From: Methanomassiliicoccaceae archaeon
Lineage (GTDB): Archaea > Thermoplasmatota > Thermoplasmata > Methanomassiliicoccales > Methanomassiliicoccaceae
Assembly (NCBI GenBank): GCA_040776945.1
Contig: JAXGZN010000002.1
Span: forward strand, 480,001 to 544,000
Length of the DNA: 64,000 nucleotides
Direction of reading: 5' to 3'
This document shows positions 60,161 through 64,000 of this stretch, in pieces (position 1 is the stretch's first letter; the number at the start of each line of letters is the position of its first letter). Both the position numbers and the translations under genes were made by a program. A model generated the notes under the pieces. The model was given only the letters and a program-made list of their open reading frames with translations. It ran no database searches and was not told the DNA's origin.

Positions 60161-60703
60161 ATGCTAGCTCTGACCCATTTGGTCTTCGCACTTCTGCTGA
60201 TCTCGGTTTTCCGATTGGACCGCAGCAATGCTTTCGCCGTTTTGCTCTTTGGGGTCCTCATCGACCTTGACCATACATTTGGGTTTGTGGAGTTCCTGGC
60301 CAGAGAGGGACTGAGCAATTCTCTCGACTACAAGGCCGCGATGGCCTCGAACATCCAGTGGAAGAGCATGTTCCACAGCCCGGAGGCCGCCCTTTTGATA
60401 ATGCCTCTTTCCGTCAACTACAGATATGGGATCCCGTTCGTGGCCTGGGCGGCCCATATAGCCATGGACCATGTCCAGATCAATTACCTAGGGGTGATGT
60501 CCAGCATCGAGTTCTTGTTCCTAGGCATGCTGCTGGCCGCATTGGCCTGCAGCGAGATCAGAGGCATGCGCAAGAACGTTCCCAGCGCAAGCTTTTCCGA
60601 TATGCTGGCATGGGAAGCGGATCGCACGAGGACGTGGTTCGGCGAACTGCCCGTCCTAGGGAGCGTCATACGGTATCTAGGACCTCGAGAAAGCCTTTCG
60701 TGA
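60161..60703 (+). CDS. Membrane-bound metal-dependent hydrolase (YdjM-like)
   Basis: THL, IDLDH, FHS, HIAMD with TM segments. Confidence 0.75.
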   Translation: MLALTHLVFALLLISVFRLDRSNAFAVLLFGVLIDLDHTFGFVEFLAREGLSNSLDYKAAMASNIQWKSMFHSPEAALLIMPLSVNYRYGIPFVAWAAHIAMDHVQINYLGVMSSIEFLFLGMLLAALACSEIRGMRKNVPSASFSDMLAWEADRTRTWFGELPVLGSVIRYLGPRESLS

Positions 60704-61664
60704 ACTCCTTGGTGCCCATCCGGCCGCCCGCATCGAAGGTTCTCACCCCGATCTCTAGGGCCTCAGTGACCGTTCTCTCGATCCTCTCCGCCCGCGCCGG
60801 CATGCCCAGATAATCGAGCATCATCGCCGCGGAAAGGATCGCCGCCACCGGGTTCGCGCGGTCCTGACCCGCAATGTCTGGCGCGGAGCCGTGCGTTGGC
60901 TCGAACAGGGCGAACCCGTCGCCCATGTTCACCGAGGGTGCGAAGCCCAGCCCGCCGGTCAGCGCGGCGGCCTCGTCCGATAGGATATCCCCATAAAGGT
61001 TCAAGGTGATCAAGCACTCCAACTTTTCGGGCTGCTGCACCATGGCCGCTGCCGCGGCATCGACCAATAGCTCCTTGGCTTCGAGCCCTGAGCCCGCGAC
61101 CCTCTCCCGGAAGATCTCCCGGAACATCCCGTCAGACCTCCGCAGGACATTGCTCTTGTGAACGCAGGTTATGCTTCTGCGTCCTTCGCCAAGGCAGATC
61201 TCGATGCCCTTATCCACGATTCGCCGGCAGGCCCGGCGGGTTATCTTCCGCTCGGTGATCACGCCGTCCTCGACCTCCCGCTCGACCCCGGTGTACATCC
61301 CTTCGGTGTTCTCCCGCACGATGACGACGTCAAGGTCGACCAGGCCAACGGTGCGATGCCATCGGCGCACCGGACGTATGTTGGCAAAGAGGTCGAACGC
61401 CTTCCTCAGGTGCAGAAGCGGAGAACGGTATGAGGGATCGTAGGCCACCGGGGAGGTGATCGCTCCGAAGAGGGCGGCGTCGCTTTCCTCCAAGAGGTCC
61501 AAGGTCTCCTGAGGCAGATATGAGCCAGTTCTTTGAAAGCAGGCAAGGCCCATCCCTGCCTCCATGATCTCTATGTCCGCGTCCACCGCCCTTACGGCCT
61601 CAAGCGCTGAGGCGATGACCTCCGGCCCGATGCCGTCCCCGCGGATTACGGTGACCCGCTTCAT
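60666..61664 (-). CDS. Isocitrate/3-isopropylmalate dehydrogenase family protein
   Basis: GDGIGPEV, RENTEG, HKSNV, NLYGDILSD, EPTHGSAPDIAG. Confidence 0.92.
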   Translation of the reverse strand: MKRVTVIRGDGIGPEVIASALEAVRAVDADIEIMEAGMGLACFQRTGSYLPQETLDLLEESDAALFGAITSPVAYDPSYRSPLLHLRKAFDLFANIRPVRRWHRTVGLVDLDVVIVRENTEGMYTGVEREVEDGVITERKITRRACRRIVDKGIEICLGEGRRSITCVHKSNVLRRSDGMFREIFRERVAGSGLEAKELLVDAAAAAMVQQPEKLECLITLNLYGDILSDEAAALTGGLGFAPSVNMGDGFALFEPTHGSAPDIAGQDRANPVAAILSAAMMLDYLGMPARAERIERTVTEALEIGVRTFDAGGRMGTKEFTKGFLEVLDTV

Positions 61665-62608
61665 CGGGCATCCAGCCTCTCTAGGAGGCTTGCCACAATG
61701 AACGGCAGGGTGATCGTGGCGTCGCCCTCTACCGTAACGTGGTCGGCCCTTTCCTTGACCTTGCCCCAAGAGACCGCCTCGCGGACCTGGGCCCCTGATA
61801 GCGAACCGTCATACTCCGCCGCGGTGGTCAGGTAGACAGCACGGTCCAGACCGCCGCGGAACTGGTTCCACCATATCGTGTGGTGCTTGGAGATGCCTCC
61901 GCCTATCATGAGGGCCCCGCTCTCCTTGGCGTCAAAGACCAGGTCCATGAGGTCCTGCTCATCTTGGAAGAGGTCCAACTTGAACTTGCGATGGTCCTGC
62001 CAGTACATCCACAACTGGCTTCCGAAGGACCCGTCGGTTATCCCCGGGACGAACACCGGGACCTTGTTGCGGTGGCACCAATGTACAAGAGAGCGCTCAT
62101 CATCGATCCGCGATCCAACCTCGTCCACTATCTCGCGCGTGGAGATCGAATCTCGGTCCCTGAGGATCTCCTTGAACATGGGCTGAAGCTTCCTCTCGAG
62201 CACGATGCCGTAGCTGGTATTGGGTACCAGAACGTTGCCAAGACGGTTCAAACCCTCACGATGCAGCTTAACGTCGTCCATGTGGAAATCGCCATGATAA
62301 TAGCTCTTCCAGGTCCTCGCGAGATCATGGTCCAAGGTGCCACAGGTCGTGATGATGGCATCGATCAGGCCGCGTTTGACCATCTCGACGATGGCCCCCC
62401 TCGTCCCGGTGGCCATGATGCATGCCGGGAACGACAGGAAGGTGGTGCAGCCCTCCTTGCGAACCATCTTTTCCATTATGTCCACGGCCTCTGACAGCTT
62501 CCGTCCGGTAAAGCCGCCGGACTGCCTAAGCTGGACCATTAGAGAATCGACAGTCATTCCCCGCTCGTACTTGATGTCCTTGACCGGTCTCCTGGCCTTC
62601 ATAACCAT
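61661..62608 (-). CDS. dys: Deoxyhypusine synthase
   Basis: GGFTG, LNRLGNV, DGSFG, GGGISKHH, DGSLSGA..EAVSWGK. Confidence 0.95.
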   Translation of the reverse strand: MVMKARRPVKDIKYERGMTVDSLMVQLRQSGGFTGRKLSEAVDIMEKMVRKEGCTTFLSFPACIMATGTRGAIVEMVKRGLIDAIITTCGTLDHDLARTWKSYYHGDFHMDDVKLHREGLNRLGNVLVPNTSYGIVLERKLQPMFKEILRDRDSISTREIVDEVGSRIDDERSLVHWCHRNKVPVFVPGITDGSFGSQLWMYWQDHRKFKLDLFQDEQDLMDLVFDAKESGALMIGGGISKHHTIWWNQFRGGLDRAVYLTTAAEYDGSLSGAQVREAVSWGKVKERADHVTVEGDATITLPFIVASLLERLDAR

Positions 62609-62659
62609 ATGCTCCGTGAGGGTGAAAAGCAATCCTCTGGACCTAGATATATATTGGCA

Positions 62660-63304
62660 TCAGTCCGAGGCCACTCCTCCCTCCGCGGCCGCAAGAACGG
62701 GGCCCTGCCCGTCCCCCACTGTCCCAAAGGCCCTATCCCACGCTTCCAGCTGCTCGTTGAGCATGCGACGGGTGGCAGCCTCATCGCCGTCATTGTTCAA
62801 TATGCCCCATCCCTTGGAAAGCATGAGCATCTTCTCCCGTGACTTGACCAAAGAAGGCAGGTTCTCGAACATCTCCTGTCTGTCCTCCCTCAGGGCGATC
62901 CTGTGAAGCGCGTTCTCCGGCTCGATGTCCACGAGGAGCAGCCGTTCTGGCAAGGGCAGCACCTTGGAGAATATCTCGTACCCCTGCCGGGCGATCCGCT
63001 TCGGGAGATAGGCGGTGCCCATTATGTAGCGGACGAACACCAGGTCATCATACTTGCAGGGTTCTCTCCTCATCTCCGCCACCGAGCTGAGAACATCGAT
63101 GATATAGAAGGCCGTGGAGAGGGCGAACATCAAGGCACCCTTCCCTTGGAGGGCCCTCCGGGACAATTGTCCGGCCCAACGGTCCGAGGGATGGACCTGC
63201 ACATGAACGCTCTCCCCTCGGGCTTCGTAATAATCCTTGATCCAACCTGCGACCGTGCTCTTACCAGAGCCGTCGAGGCCATCAATAACGATCCATCTCT
63301 TCAC
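62660..63304 (-). CDS. tmk: Thymidylate kinase family protein
   Basis: IDGLDGSGKST Walker A, VRY, EMFE. Confidence 0.8.
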   Translation of the reverse strand: MKRWIVIDGLDGSGKSTVAGWIKDYYEARGESVHVQVHPSDRWAGQLSRRALQGKGALMFALSTAFYIIDVLSSVAEMRREPCKYDDLVFVRYIMGTAYLPKRIARQGYEIFSKVLPLPERLLLVDIEPENALHRIALREDRQEMFENLPSLVKSREKMLMLSKGWGILNNDGDEAATRRMLNEQLEAWDRAFGTVGDGQGPVLAAAEGGVASD

Positions 63305-64000
63305 CAGAGACCTCCGGAGAGCATGAACTGGACCGTCACCACGAGACCGGCGGTGAGGAGGGGCACGATCAGATTATCATATGCGCCGGGGGAGAGCATC
63401 TCGACGAAGGCCACGAAACCACCGGAGAGCGCGGCAAGGCCGAAGGCCTGGGCGATAGTGTACGGGAAAACGTTCAGTCCCTGTCTTAAGCTGCCGAGCT
63501 GGGTGTAGAAGGCGATAACCACCAGGGTCGCCAGGAACGTGACCAGCGCTACGGCGCCGGTTCCAGCCCAGCTTTTTTCCCTCCACGATCTCCTTCTCCC
63601 ATATCGCTTTCCGACCAGCCCGCCGATCCCATCGCCATAGGCCATTGCTGCGATGGCAATGCTCGCTGCCAGCCTATCGTTGAAAAGGACCAATGCGAGC
63701 ACGCTCCAGGAGACCGCGTAGAACACCAGCCCGTAGCTATGCCCCTCGGCGCTTGCCTCCTCCAATAAGGAGCCATCGAGCACGCGGACAGGGGAGATCG
63801 GCGATATCAACAACAGAAGCAGGGCGAACGGCGCGGCCGCCAAGAAGGACATGATGAGGCTTGAGTCAAAAGCCCACCAGATAAAGACGATGTTGCCGAC
63901 CAGGATGTGGACGGCCTTCCGGAAAACACCTTTCCCCGGCCATTTCATCCTCGCTCTCGAAGCGATGAGGACCACCAACGACACGTAGGCGTAGACGCTG
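63301..64000 (-). CDS. Dolichol/phytol kinase-like membrane protein (5'-truncated)
   Basis: RKAVH, YGDG..G.VG..YG, KSWAG, YDNL.VP motifs. Confidence 0.85.
   Translation of the reverse strand, partial: SVYAYVSLVVLIASRARMKWPGKGVFRKAVHILVGNIVFIWWAFDSSLIMSFLAAAPFALLLLLISPISPVRVLDGSLLEEASAEGHSYGLVFYAVSWSVLALVLFNDRLAASIAIAAMAYGDGIGGLVGKRYGRRRSWREKSWAGTGAVALVTFLATLVVIAFYTQLGSLRQGLNVFPYTIAQAFGLAALSGGFVAFVEMLSPGAYDNLIVPLLTAGLVVTVQFMLSGGLW

Noticed and set aside
1-64000. Pyrrolysine read-through of TAG stops
   Set aside because: The TAG-ending genes I checked end at family-typical C-termini; no mtmB/mtbB/mttB or pyl genes are in the window

Overview
Chromosomal window from a methylotrophic methanogenic archaeon. 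The mcrBDGA operon with mcrC located elsewhere, the McrA sequence and the corrinoid/MtaA/RamA genes point to Methanomassiliicoccales (inference). The core is a ~28 kb methanogenesis supercluster: corrinoid protein, mtaA-type methyltransferases, ramA, an McmA-like methylase, ycaO-tfuA, mcrBDGA-DUF2098, atwA-mcrC and markers 3/6/5/15/17/7. It is flanked by housekeeping genes, tRNA-His, tRNA-Leu and RNase P RNA. No transposase, integrase or CRISPR array was seen. Best novel signals: (1) a 73-aa secreted-type propeptide with five identical IIPGIDPH repeats, encoded tail-to-tail with an HTH-STAND NTPase-TPR protein and DUF835 genes, a candidate archaeal peptide-signalling system; (2) a palindrome GGATGG-N5-CCATCC at the same distance upstream of the TATA boxes of mcrB and the corrinoid gene, and also at the promoter of an HTH-DUF2111 gene, a candidate MCR regulon; (3) two paralogous unknown proteins inside the MCR cluster; (4) a CTG-start tfuA; (5) a 48-aa C2H2 zinc-finger microprotein missed by the ORF track. 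All calls come from reading the sequence; no searches were run.
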